Below, in pieces: positions 25,965 through 38,999 of a stretch of DNA of 64,000 nt (its first letter is position 1; every line of letters begins with the position of its first letter). The DNA comes from Lama glama (Eukaryota). Below the pieces are notes generated by a model. That model saw only the letters and a list, made by a program, of their open reading frames with translations, was not told the DNA's origin and searched no databases. Position numbers and translations under genes: made by a program. The stretch is from positions 28,088,001 to 28,152,000 of the forward strand of contig CM052817.1 in assembly GCA_028534125.1 (NCBI GenBank), given 5' to 3'.

Positions 25965-26685
25965 TAGTGCATGGGGTTCGGATTTCAGGCTGCCCTGGGT
26001 TGAGATCCTAGCTTGGTATATCAGTTAGCTTTTTTTGATTGCAAAGAAACAAATACTGGCCAACGTAAACAAAAAAGGAAATTTATTGGTAAACTGAAAG
26101 ATTGGAGAATCACATCTTGAAATAGGAAGAAACCAGTGGTTTTGGGGTGGGGCAAGGAAACAAGAACTGAAGGAAATTTCTCAAGATAGGAACAGTCAGA
26201 TCAGAATGATGTTTCTAAAGGAATGGGACCTCATTGTTTTTTAAAGCCTTACACGAATTCTTCAAGGGTAGAAATCCCAGAAAAAAGTGTTGGGCTAAAT
26301 TTTGTCCCCCACTTCCAGTTCCAGTTTAGTGGAAAGAAGACGATGGCCTATTAACTTTTATAATGGATATCAACTATTTTGCTACCTATTAAGACTAGAG
26401 TTAATGAGCTATAATTCCCTAAAAGGAAACTGGAACCCTGTGGGCAAGGGACAATGGATGTCAAAGGCCAAAAAGTAACAAATGTGCATTATGCTTGGCT
26501 ACTTACTACCAATGTGATGCTGTCAAGTTCCTTAACCTCTCTAAGCTCAGTTTTCTTATCTGTAAAATGAGGCTAATAGCAGTTCTACCTTTTGGATTAC
26601 TGTGAGCATTAAATGAGGTAGTAGATGGGAAATTCCAGGTACATAGTGTTCACTCAGTAAATATTAGGTATTACCATTATTATTT
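25965..26685 (+). mobile_element. MIR split by an old MaLR-like LTR (~26017-26490)
   Basis: MIR 5' part (ccctgggttgagatcctagc) resumes at ~26495 (ctacttactacc...ctcagttttcttatctgtaaaatgagg). Confidence 0.6.
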
Positions 26686-26689
26686 TGTA

Positions 26690-26850
26690 GTTTCTACAGT
26701 TTTTTCACATTCATTTGCTTCCTTAAATTCTCACAATATGCTGTGAGGTAACTAATAGATTTTATTATCCTTGTTTTATGGATGAGGAACCTGGGCTTAG
26801 GAGCATTGCCTGAAGCTGAAAGCCTGATGTTCTCCCAATCCCGTGTGTTT
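26690..26850 (-). mobile_element. MIR fragment
   Basis: ttattatccttgttttatggatgaggaacctggg. Confidence 0.65.
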
Positions 26851-27857
26851 CCTTCTACAGAGCGCAGCCCATCACTGCACCATCATCGGTTTGGGGAAGA
26901 GAGACGAGGGAACAACACTGAGACAGAATGTTCCTTCTGAGAAATAGATCTCGATGAAGTTCAGAGCAGGCTCCTTCAGCAAGAAGATTGTCTGTTCACC
27001 GCTTGACTGCAGGTGAGTCGGGCTCTTGGGTATGTTTCCTTGAAGTCGATGCCCTGAGTGTGAAATCCCGATGCACACTCACAGAATGGGATCTGCGTTT
27101 CAGTTTAGTCCTGTGATTTTGTGATTTTCTTGCAAAGATACCCAGGTTTATAAACACGTGTTTGGAAAGTATAGCTTTGATACCATTAACCTGTTAAAAT
27201 GTGAGAGTACAGAAAAGCAACCTGTCACACACCATGGAATTTTCCAAAACAGTTCCCGGCTGCCTGTGGGGGCAGGTCTGCATTCGTCTTCCCTTTCAGC
27301 CTGACACTTGGACACCTACACTCAAGAGTGGGCCAGGCTGTTGGATAACAAGCACAGTTTTTGTCTCTGCAAGGTGACGTCTCTGCCGGGGCGAATACTC
27401 GTGCAGAGCACACATCTCTTTTTGGAAACCATGGGGCGGACACTAGTGTTTTCTGGGGTCCCTCTTCCTTCACTGTTTTCTCTGAGACAAGAAAGCAGAA
27501 GTGTGTTGGTAGTAAACAAAGTCAGCATTCTCCCACTGTGCTAGACTATGAGCAAGAAAGAGACCAGAAAAAGGAGAGCATATTTAATTTCTTTTGGGAC
27601 CTATTGGCTGATTTCTTGCGAGTCCTCCTGATTTCTTTTGTGTTACTTTCTCAAGGCACTTGACATGAGGTTCTGAGAACCGCCTATGTTGCACGTTTTC
27701 TGCTACGACCTCAGAGCTGCCTGGTGTTTGTTGTTGTCTCCAGTGCTCGCTCATTGCTGCTTTGTATTTGAGTTCTTACAGTTAAGGTCTACCTCCTATG
27801 AGACTGAACTCCGTGAGAATGAGAAACTGTTTCTCATCTGGCTTTTTGCATCCTTTA

Positions 27858-28018
27858 GTGCCTCTCAAAGTGCAGTCGGTGGGCCAGCAGCAGCAGCATC
27901 ACCTGGGAGCTTGTTAGCATCTCTGACCTCACTCCTGACTTACTGAGTCAGAATCTTCATTTTAACAAGCTCCCAGGTGCTTCGAATGCATATATTAAAA
28001 ATTGAGTAAAGCTGCTCT
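27858..28018. mobile_element. MER5A-like hAT-Charlie MITE
   Basis: gcagcagcatcacctgggagcttgttag...tactgagtcagaatcttcattttaacaagctcccaggtg. Confidence 0.85.
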
Positions 28019-28869
28019 CTAGCACTTTTCATACAACACATGTTAATAATAATACAGACAGTAAAGCATAATAAAGCATGTGAGGCAGCTAATTATACAT
28101 CACTGACAGAACGCCGTCCACTGCTACTGTTTTCTTGCCACCTCTTTAACATTCTCGAGTCACCTCAGAATCCTTGTAGTGATAAAAACTTGATACTTCT
28201 GAATACAGATGAAGTTGGTAGTTTCAGGATCCACTGGCCCTCGTTAAAAAAAAAAAAAAGAAAAAAGGAGAATAGAAATGAGTGCTGGTGCCGTGAGGAG
28301 GGAGGAAGGCAGGAAGGCACTGCACAGCAAGCTTAGTTCTTTGAGCTCCACCCAAGGGTGGTGCTTGCTGCCTACAGATGGTTATCACCATGAGCTTCAA
28401 GGAGCAGTGAGGATGCTAAGGCACTATCTCAGTTTCCCTCACCATTCCTTCCGTCCTCAACTGGCTCGCTCACTTTTGTCGGTTTCGTTTATCAATTTTT
28501 CTGCTCATGCTTTATTTAGAGAAAAAAAGTCACAACTTAAAATATGCACCAAAAAATAAACACAAAATGATCCCCAGCCCAACTCAAAAAGCAAAGTTGA
28601 AAAGCCGCTTTGCTAAGGCATGCACTAAAATGTTGTCTTATCAAGGAATGGATTATTAATTATGCACGTGCTCCATGCTCAGTATACTAAATGGCACTTA
28701 ACATTTTTTAATTAAAAGATAAGAAGGGATTTTAACCAAAGTTTAAAAAAAAGCTCCTCAAGTTTCCTATGTCAGAAGCTGGCTATTTTGTTTACCCACA
28801 GGGTTCATTCTGGGGGTAATTATAGTTTTATAAGCTCAAGGTTCTGTTCCAAAATGCTCTTTTAGTTGA

Positions 28870-29310
28870 GTTGAGCACTGTTCAATATTTATTGATTACA
28901 TGCTCTGTGGCAAGGACCGTGGTAGTAGCTGGGTATGTAAAGAGGAGAATGATACAGTCTTGTGCTCTCGAGGAACTTGTAGGCTGGTGGGCTGGACAGG
29001 CACTGAAATAGATCATTTCATTAGACTAATTTATGTATTAGGATACCGGGGTACTCAGGGTGTTATGGGTCTCAGGAGAGGGGCATTATGTGAGTGGAGA
29101 AGAATCACTTCCCCTGGGACTATGTTTTGAATGAGGAGTTGGAGGTGGATGAAGAAATGAATGCGGGAAACACATCCCAGGTAGAAGTCACAGTGAAACT
29201 GAACATGCTGATGTCTGAAACAACACCTTCTGTTTCGGGAACTTTGCCATGATGCAAATTACAGTGCGGGAGAGGCAGACAATAAGGCTGGAGAGATAAG
29301 CCAGTCTCTG
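28870..29310 (-). mobile_element. L2 LINE 3' fragment
   Basis: caatatttattgattacatgctctgtggcaagg...cagtcttgtgctctcgaggaactt. Confidence 0.6.
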
Positions 29311-30049
29311 GAAAGAATCTACCAAACTTGACATGCTTAAATTTATCTGCGAATAAGTGCTGTCATGAATTCTACGTTAGGGAAACCACCCACCACCACT
29401 GCCACTGTGGGTTCAAAAGAAAAATGGACTCCTTTCATCTTTATTGTGACGGTCTTTGCTCCATTTCCTTAGGATACGTTGATCCTTAGTAGGAGAATGG
29501 CTTATGAAGTTACGTCTCTTCATAGTGCAGCAAAGGAAAGAAACATGAACACAGTGGGAAAGAATTATAGTCCAACAAGATGATATCTAAGTGAGCACTG
29601 CTCTTTCTGTTTTGTAGTAACAATTAAACTCCATGAGGGTTAACATATGCTTTTTATTGTTGTTGAATTCATAACATTTAAACACAGTGTAGGCATTTTA
29701 GAACTATTTACTGAATAAACAAATGTGTGAATTAATTCATTAATCTGAAAGGGGGTAGACCGAGTTTCTCTGAGCAGTGGCTTATTAGCTAGATCCTACC
29801 ATTGATAGAAGTAACGAAAACTACAGGAAAGAGTGTCCCCAGGAACGTGGAGATGAGTGATGTCTACTGAAGGTGGGAGGTTCTGTTGGTCACAGGAGTC
29901 CACTAGCCACTGTGAGGGGATAAGTGGTAAGTGATGGGGGTACATAAAATTTGAATTAAAAATAAAATATGAAGGGTTATTTAGGATTATAGGAAATCTT
30001 CAGTGATATTTAAAAATTATAGAATAAATTAATACATGCTTATAGATAA

Positions 30050-30700
30050 AATTCAAGCAACTGCAAAGACATAGTATTAAACCTAGTGTTGCCCTCGTGT
30101 GGTGGAAGACCAATAGATCGATGGAAACAAATGGAGGGCTCAGCTTGGACCCATAAATACACGGGACCTCAGGTGGATTTACTGTGGTGCAAACAAAGCT
30201 TAGGCTTCAGGGCTCCTTACTTGCTTTGGGAGGGGCCCTCCCAAGATATTCACATTTTTAAATGTTTTAGTAAAATTTGCATGAGTAAGTTATTTTTACT
30301 GTGAGGACCACTAGTTCTTGCCACTCTGACTACCACTTGATTACGCTTCCCTATTTGTCTCATGGTATTCGAGTGTGTCCATGGACAAATTTTGGATCCG
30401 GTTAAGAGGAAGTGAGCTGGGAATGTGCCATTTAAGCTACCATTTGGAAAAGGCACAAAGGACATGAATACACAATTTAGAGATGAAGAAATTCCAAAAG
30501 GTAACAAGTACATATCAAAATACAATAACTGGTAATTAGAGGGTCCCAAACAAAATGAGACATCCTCATTGTAATGATTACCCCCAGTCGGGTGGGTGAT
30601 GGCAAATGTTGTCAGGAATGTAGGGATGCAGGTGTCTTCATGCCCTGATCGGGGTATATAGTCTGAGTGTATTCATTTTGGAGGTGGTGGTATTTAATAC
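30050..30700 (+). mobile_element. Old L1 ORF2 fragment interrupted by a Zaphod/MER115-like hAT-Tip100 end (~30168-30420)
   Basis: L1 motifs gaccaatagatcgatggaaac and ggcacaaaggacatgaatacacaatt; the insert caggtggatttactgtgg...gcttcagggctccttacttgc is homologous to 53110-53210. Confidence 0.55.
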
Positions 30701-31539
30701 AGCTCAGAATATTTGTTCCATATGGCCCAAGAATAATGCTCTGGGTTAAATATCAGGACACAGCTTCCTATATCCCTTACAAAGCCGTAGCTGAGTTGAA
30801 TGGTGGAAGTTAGCCACATAGACCTTTTTACTACATGACTAGAGAGCACGAAGGCTGAGAGAAACGCTGACCCAAGGTGCTTCCTTGTGCCCTTTCGTAT
30901 TGTCCAGAATGCCTGTTGCTCTGAACCCAAAATGCAACCCAGTGTGAAAAAGGGAAGATGTAGCTTGCTTTTTGTAAACTTGACTGATCATTGGTAAAGC
31001 TTGGTGCCAGCTGAGGCTTGGGTTTTCTGAGTCTGATCGATGATTCAGCCCATCGTGTTAGTATAAGCACGTTGTAAGAGTTGCCAGCGGAGCACAGGGA
31101 GAGAACTAAGAGCGGGGTAAAAATAAATAAGTGAAGACACGAGTCAGTAATATAAATAAGAGAAAGCGTTACTGGGACAAATGAGGATGCTCTGCTGTGA
31201 GCTGAGGATGTGAGTTAACTTTCATCAACTCTCATTAATGAAGGTCCAGGAAAAAAATTCAAACAATACAACGCTATAGAAGTGAAAGCCACTTTCATGT
31301 CCCTTACGATAGGAAAGAATTATTTGTGGTTTGTATCCTTCCATACATTTTTGTATGCTTTTATATACATACATACATATCATGGGATATTTTTGTATAC
31401 TTTTGCATGTATATCATATATGCCACATACATTATATGCGCATTTATATCATCTCTTTATAGCATCTGCTTGGGAATTTATATAGAGTCGTTCTTTTTGT
31501 TAAACTGTGTGTATATGAGAAGGCTCATATGTATGGAAT

Positions 31540-31810
31540 ATTCAGATTGTCCTACTTGGACACCCAGACCCCCTGAATGCTCTGCATCCTCAGGACTTGT
31601 GGAAACGACCTGCTTTTCCTTATTGGAAATTAAGAGGCCTTCCTTCTTCCTTGAAGACTACTTAAGACTTCAGATGAGGCAAGTGCCTTAAAAACAATGC
31701 TTGCTCTCCTCCAGATCTATCCCTCTGTCCCCTCATGGTTACCATGCTCATACCTAAGACAGAATCTCAGTAAACCGGCCTGGGAAAATGCAGAGTCTAA
31801 GGGAAGAGAG
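31540..31810 (+). mobile_element. ERVL internal (gag-region; ERV3-16A3/HERVL-like) fragment
   Basis: tgaggcaagtgccttaaaaacaatgcttgctctcctccagatct resembles recalled ERVL-int sequence. Confidence 0.5.
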
Positions 31811-32339
31811 CGAGTCCCCAGCGAAGCAGCGGGGCAGTCACACGTGCCGGCGGAAGGTGGGGGAGTTTGTCCAGGAGTAGATCCCCGAGCCTTGGTATGA
31901 GTGAGGAGAATTTCCCAGAATCTCCCCCAACCCCTGTTTTTCCCTCTCAGAACTGAAAGGCTAGAGCTGCTGTCTACTTGCTGCTTCTTACACTAAACAC
32001 CAAGAAAGGGAGTGAATTTACCACTATTGGCCTAGTCTGAAAAATAACCACTCCTTGTGTAAGAAGAGTTCTAATTATCCTCCGAGACATATGAAAGGAA
32101 CGGGCACATGTGGGAGGGAAGAGACTGATATTTGGCCACACTGAGCTTTCTCTAACTTTAAAAAAAAGTGCTATTCAAACCCACTGAAGGTAGATTGTAT
32201 TGAGCCATTTCTTGGTGGGGGCAGGGAAGGTAACAGCTGCTGTTAAGCACCTATTGGATGCTAAGGATTCTTATTATGTTGGTTTATTTAATCATCACAA
32301 CAACTTTCATGGAATATATTTACGTATAAACAACAGAGG

Positions 32340-33530
32340 GTGGCAGGTTGTGCTTTCCAAAGATGGCTACCGTGGTACTTCCTATCCCACCGGGATTTTG
32401 TTGTTGTTGTTTCTAATAATCTAATTGTGACACTATTTGCATGAAAAGATGGGCTTTACTTCTCCTCCCCTTAAAACGGGGTGGCCTTTTGTGACTGTTT
32501 TAACCGATGGTATACAAGGGAGTAACACAAGTAATGTGACCTCTGAGGAAGGTCATAAAAGGTCATGTGACCTTCACCTCTTCTTCTAGGATACTTGATC
32601 TTAGAGCCCCTCAGCCACCAGGTAAACAGTCTGACTGCTCTGAGACCATGATGCTGTGAGGAAGCCCAAAGTATCCCATGCATAGACACCCCACGGAGAG
32701 GCTCTGAGACCACACGAGGAGAGAGATGGCTGGACAGTTCCCAGATGCTCTGTCCTCTTGCTGTTTCAGCTCCAGCCATCTTCTGACTGCAGCTGCCGAA
32801 GAGATCTCGAAACAGAACTGCCCAGCCAAGCCTTTCTCAAATTCCTAACTCAATGAAATCATGAGGTGTTAGAAAATGATTGTTGTTTAGGCCACTAAGT
32901 TTTAGGGTGAGTTATTATGAAGTGCTAGATAACAAGAACAGATTTTGGTATTTGGAAATGGGGCACTGCCATAAAAAAACAGTGAAGCATATGGACTTAA
33001 TGGTGGGTAGTCTTGGGGAGATGTTAATAAAATCATAAGGGCCATGAGCATGTTGGCAGTTGCTAAAGGGACCTCAAGTAGCCTGTTGAGCGATTAGAGG
33101 AGAGAGGAAATGTTACTGGACACTGGAAGAAAAGAGACCCTTGTTATATAATAGAAGGAAGTTTATCAGCATTATACCCTGTAGTAATATGGAAAATAGA
33201 AAATATAGCTGATGAATCCACTGGTCCAGCTGAAAAGGTATCTAGGCAGAACCCTGACAATGCCACGTTACTTCATCTCATTGCCTGTTACACAATACAA
33301 ATAGAGAGAGGCAAGTTAAAAAAGAAATAGTTGTTTTCAGCAATACCTTAGAGGAAACATAAAAGATTAAGGACTTGCTGGATTTGAAATAAAAGTTTTT
33401 GTTCCTGACCTTTCCACTATGTAAAAGATGCTCAAAGTAAGAAAGAGGATCAGATAGGAGATTAAATTTAAAGAACAGTCAGAAAGCCATGGTATGAAGA
33501 TAAAGCAAATAGAGTTTTTTAAGATCCTTT
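32340..33530 (+). mobile_element. MaLR LTR (MLT1F-like, 32340-32940) with adjoining internal sequence
   Basis: tggcaggttgtgctttccaaagatggc...gataacaagaaca followed by gattttggta, the typical start of MaLR-int. Confidence 0.75.
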
Positions 33531-33559
33531 TGTAACATAAATAAAGTGTGTTTCCTGTT

Positions 33560-33815
33560 TTCAAAAAGCTTGGATTCTGTTGTAGATTCTAGTGGAGGAG
33601 ACAGACAAGTAAACAAATATGTACAATTTAGTGTAATAAGAGCTCCGTGAAAGAAACATGGGGGCTATGAGAACACATAATAAGGAAGGAGAAAGAGTTT
33701 AAGAGGAGGCTTTCCAAGAGGGGCATACCTAGACCAAGCCTTGAAGAATAAACAGGAGTTAGGGAAGGTGGGGGATGAAAGACGTGATGATTTCAAGTAG
33801 AGAGAGCAGGGTCGC
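33560..33815 (-). mobile_element. L2 fragment
   Basis: ctagtggaggagacagacaagtaaacaaat...ccttgaagaataaacaggagtt. Confidence 0.55.
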
Positions 33816-34859
33816 GTTAATGGAAACCCTCAGAAAAATCTCCCAAGGGAGGTCTGAAACACTCTTGGCATTCCTTCTAGTGTTTTTCTCCTTTTATAGG
33901 AACAAATGGGATCAACAGGCTAGAACAGGCATTTTTTTCTTTAAAAAAAGAAAAAAAAGGGGTTTTTTTAAAGTTAAAAAAAGTTTTGTTATAGAATTTT
34001 AAAAACCTATGCAAAAAAGGGAGAATTGTATAATTAACTCTCATGTATTAATCACTTAGCTTAGGAATAATCAAACTCATGGCTGGTCTTATTTCATTTA
34101 TGTTTATCCCCACTCCCATTGCATATTTTAAAGCAAATCCCAGGCATGTGTAATTTCATCTGTAAACACTTTAGTTATCTTCAATGCATAAAGACTCTTT
34201 TTGATTAGTGATATCTTTTACCACACACACAAATTAACATCAATTCTTAATATTGATGCTTCCTTTTGAACAGGCTAGGCCAGTGTTGCTGGGTTTCTTC
34301 TGGGAAATTGATCACTTAAATCACTCTAGCACAGAAAGTGAGTTATTCAGTATTTGAAGTCATTTGTACAAAAATTCGTTTTCTTGGGGAAAATTATTCT
34401 AGCTTCCTCTTTTATGGATATTTATGGATAATAGGCTAGGAAAAAATATGTTCCCAATGCCCTGAGAAGTTATAAAAATGTAAGGAATGGACGTCACTAT
34501 GGGATCTTAATTTTGTTTTTGAGTAAAGTAATAAAAAATACTGGGCATTTTCTTCAGGATAATGGTCCATTGTAACTTTTGAAGGACCTAGCTGCTGATT
34601 TCAGAAAAATCGCTTTCTGTTCTGCTCTTAGTGCTAAGTCATCTTCTCCTGCACTAGCTTGGGTTCTGGGCTGGCACGGGTGGAGGAAGCTCCCTTACCT
34701 TCATGGAGAGGGATAGAATTCAGGGTTGTTAATAGCTAGCACTGTAGATAACAGGAGATTAGAAGAAGGGGTAAACAGGACCAGACCAGGTACCAAGGAA
34801 TCTCGGGGCTTCTGTTTAAGTATGAATTTACAATCAAATGCTATCCAGCTTTGAAGTGG

Positions 34860-35210
34860 TAGCTACAGGGGTGAAAGCTTCAATTTGACTGAACCCAGGA
34901 TATATCTGTATAGACTGGGAGATGAGAGCATGATGTGATCTAAGATCTGCAAGAACTATAGTCAGCTATAGGGTTCGTAAGGCAGATGCTGGAATAGTTG
35001 GAAGCCACCAACTGTAAGCAAAGAAATTGGGAATAGCTGAGGTATTTTTAAGTAGTGGACTGCTGTGGCCAGATCTGTGTTGGAGCGGGGCATGCAGGTG
35101 GGCACAAAAGCCAGTAAAGAAACTATTACAACAACTAAGAGATGATGAGTCGTGAATGTAAGTAATGCTGATGACAGCTGTGACTGTGGACAGCATGGAA
35201 AGATGCTCGC
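34860..35210 (-). mobile_element. L2 fragment
   Basis: gagagcatgatgtgatctaag...gaagccacc...ggccagatctgtgtt L2-like motifs. Confidence 0.45.
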
Positions 35211-37970
35211 AGATCGAATTCCTGGTACAGGCAGGCCAGGAGTGAGGAGTGGCTCCCAGGGTGGTGGCCTGACCGTCCTGAAGAATGGTGGGATGCAGAT
35301 GTCCAGGTGCAGTGTTTCTTGGCTGATGTGCCACCTGTTGGGTTGCTTGTCAGTGATCATTGCCACTCTAAAGCCCGTTCAGTATCGCAGCAGTGGCATT
35401 TCTGAGGTCAGGGCTATGGCCAATTGGGGGATGGGTCAGGCAGTTTGTATTGGAGCAAAATGCTTATTCATCCAGCGTGTCCTCTGCTTAGCACAGAAAA
35501 CAATCCCCAAGTTCCTGTGTTCAATTGAGCTTTTGCATATTCCCTAATGCTTTATTTTTAGTTACTCCTACATTAAAAGAAGGCTTTATTTAGGCTTTCA
35601 AAACTCTGGAGTCTTCTTGACCAGTTATAATCTTACAGATTATAAGAAAAAAATAGAAGGATGCTTTGATTTAAAGGGAATTGTTTACTAAAATTTAAAT
35701 GAATAATTCTGTAAGTTAGCTAGAGCTTCATGTATTAGGGGTCCCTGTATCTTAATATTGATCATTTATTAAAATCTTTAAATTGATCTTTATCTGTCTT
35801 CCAAAAAGTGATGATGACTCTTGGGCTGTTTTCCTTCTGGCTGAACCAGAAGCAGCAGCAGAGTATTTCCTGCTAGATTGTTCTGAGTCCCAGGAGCTCA
35901 GTGGGCTTTACAAGTTGGCTCTGCTTTCCCTGTGAGGGTTGGCATTCATTTTACACGGTGGCAAACAGATGTGGGGACAGAATCTTTTGTTCTTTTTCAG
36001 AATCATTTACGCCAGCATTAATGGACTGGGGTAGTTAGTTTCAGCGACCTGTTTTCTCCGTGGGCTGTTTCTTCCCCAAATAATGCATATTCCTACGCTT
36101 AATTCTAGAAGCTCATCTCCTGGTATACCCAGGAGGAAAGCAGCACATCGGCGACATTTATCATCTAGAAGAGAGGCACACTTTCCTCTCATACCGCACA
36201 GCTAACACTTGTATTTTTCAAATTATGCAGCAAACAAGTGTTTCCCACACCTAGGGAAACACCGACAAACATGCGAAGTCCAAGAAAAAATTTTTTTTAG
36301 TAATGGAACAAATACTTAATGACATTTTAATTTGTTATCTTATACTCAGAAGTTAGTTCTACTGGCGATTTACTGCAGTCCATAACTTCCGAGCCTTTGG
36401 CACTGATGGTTGATTTACTGTTATATCAGTTACTTAATTAGAATGAATTATTCATATTTTTCCTGATGAAGACCTAATTATTATGCTAATCATAATAATC
36501 TAAGTCTTCAATGTTTTCTAAAGCATCCTGTCTAATGGGGTTATTAAATATGTGTATAATTATAGTCATAAAAATTCAGAAACATGCTTTGACATTTTTA
36601 TTTATAGTTAGACCCTCAAAAACACCAAATGTGAGATAGCTGTTGCCCTGAACTCAATGAATTTCTTAAATGTCATTTTCTTTTCCTAATATAAAACTGA
36701 GCAAATATAATAAACAGACAACCCAGTTCCTTAGTAATACTCAGAAGTGGAAGAGAATTTTATACCCAGTTCTGCTTTTGAGGACTTTAGCTTTAACAAG
36801 AAAATTTCCCTTCATGATGTGGGGATCCTGTTGAAAGCAAAAGGAGTGAACTGACCTGATATTTATGGTTATATTGTCAAATCTTAGTTGTTCACAGGAG
36901 AAGCAGCCATACCGTGAGTCTATGAACTATTAACTGTTTATATCTGGGACACCTTTTCTTTGCTTCTCTGTCTACTTTATTTAATTCAAACCCAAATCTT
37001 CGCATTTCATGTGCTTGTCTTATTTCATGGCAAAACTTAATATTTGAAGATGTTAGGCTATTCTATTGCATTCAGTAATAATAACTACAATAATAACCAA
37101 CGCCCAAGGGCATCTAAAGCTCGAACATCTGACACACAATCAAGGGAGTAGAAAGTGATATTTTGATATCAGTTCTCAAACCAAGTAGTTTGACAGCCCT
37201 TACTGGATCTAATATACCAAGAACAAATTAGTGTTAAATACGCATGTTATGCTTGATTTTGTTGCAGTCTAGTTGTTAAAAGGACTTTTGAGACTTGAAA
37301 GCAGTAACTCCTGGCTTTTGTGAAACACGAAGTATTTTTCTGAAGAAGTAAGACTGACGCTTTTTGGTGACAACTCATTTTGTCTTTGAGCACACAGATA
37401 TAGATGAGGAAAATGAACAATTTCATTCTTTAATTGCTTTTATTTTTTTATAATTTTTTCCCCTTATTTTAACTCCCTTATTTTCTCTATCATTTTAAGA
37501 CCATCAGTTTCTGTTTCAAGGTCTGGAGCTCAATAATTGTGTCCTCCAGGGCCTGCAAGGGGAAGACACTTGAGGACGTCATAGTCTTGCTTGTCATTCT
37601 CTTCTTCGTCCTGGTCCTTTCACAGATCTGTGGTCCAGCTATGATAGGAGGCAGACTTGTATGCTGTGGTCTGGTAAAACGTTTTCATCCCATCTTTCAG
37701 GAGCTGCTATGATTGGACACATTATTGGACAGGCCAGCTCAGTTGGTACTCTCTACATGGTGCTGTTTGATTCTCAGGTTGCAGGACGGGGAGTGTCATT
37801 TGAAATGCTGAGCAGAAGAACAACATTAAATAGTTTCTGTTCTGCTGAAATGATTTTTGTAATTACATGGGATATAAATAAAGAAAAATTAAATGCATTC
37901 CTACTTCTTGCATCTTGCTGAGCCAGCTTCAGCCACATTTGGGTCCTGATTTCCCTTTTCCTTTGGGGTC

Positions 37971-38308
37971 TGTCTCAGTGTGTTTCAGCTGCTATCACAA
38001 ATTAGATTAGATGGTAGCTTATACACGACAGAAATTTATTTCTGATGATTCTGGAGACTGGAAGTCTGAGATCAGGGTGTCAACATGGTTGGGTGAAGGT
38101 CAGACTGCTTCTTGTAACCTCACATGGTGGAAGGGACAAGCAAGCTCTCTGGGTCCTCTTTACTAAGGCACTAATCCTATTCATGAGGGCACTGCCTCCA
38201 TGACTTAATCACCTCCCAAAGATCCCACCTCTTAACATGTTACCCGTAGGGTTAAGATTTCAACACATCGATTTTGGGGGGTGGGGACACAATATTCAGA
38301 CCATAGCA
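37971..38308 (-). mobile_element. MaLR solo LTR (MLT1A-like)
   Basis: TG...CA termini; perfect 5-bp TSD GGGTC at 37966-37970 and 38309-38313. Confidence 0.9.
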
Positions 38309-38564
38309 GGGTCCGTAGAGAAAGGACACTATACAGATGAAAAGCATTATAAAGACTCTTTCAACTGCCTCATCTTCTCCCCTCCCTAGGAGGGACCTGA
38401 TCTTGGCTCTGGTTGCTTCAAGGTTACGGATATGACGAGCTCTGAGGAACCTCCTCTCCAAACTCTCTTTGAAGTTCAGTTTCTCCATTTTATTAACGTA
38501 GAAGGAAGAAGACAAAAAAGAGATAATTATCTCTTACTTTAATCGGTCAGTTCTTTTGCTGCTT

Positions 38565-38680
38565 TTTTCTTTTTTTGACTTTTTAAAAAAATTTAAGTAT
38601 AGTCGGTTTACAATGTATCAATTTCTGGTGTACAGCATAATGTTTCAGTCATACATAAATATGCATATATTCATTTTGCT
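38565..38680 (-). mobile_element. Short lineage-specific L1 3' end
   Basis: T-rich tail then aagtatagtcggtttacaatgtatcaatttctggtgtacagcataatgtttcagtc. Confidence 0.7.
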
Positions 38681-38999
38681 GCTTTTCTGACTAACAGTAG
38701 CTTGTAATCAATGCTCTCTCCATGATGAGTCACCAAATACTGACTCCTTGTGGGACACATGTCTAAGTTTCGGAAGAGACTTTGACGGATGACACTGCAC
38801 TTTGCACTCATATGTGAGGTCCAGTCTGGTCCTTCTCCTTCCACTCCCCTTTGACTCTGGCCAAAATAAGCCATCTTTCAGCCTCTTACTGGTTGGATTC
38901 TTTCGCAGGTGAGCTGAGCTCTGGAGTGGGTTCTGCCAGGACGGCTCAAGCCCAGCTGCCCGTCCTGGTGGTCGGTCGCATGGCCTATGGGAAACTGCC

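Noticed and set aside
26614..26627. TGAGGTAGTAGAT, identical to the start of let-7f
   Set aside because: Only 13 nt, lies within a MIR, and no precursor hairpin
31310..31490. Hydrophobic Tyr/Ile-rich ORFs
   Set aside because: Low-complexity TA/CA-rich sequence
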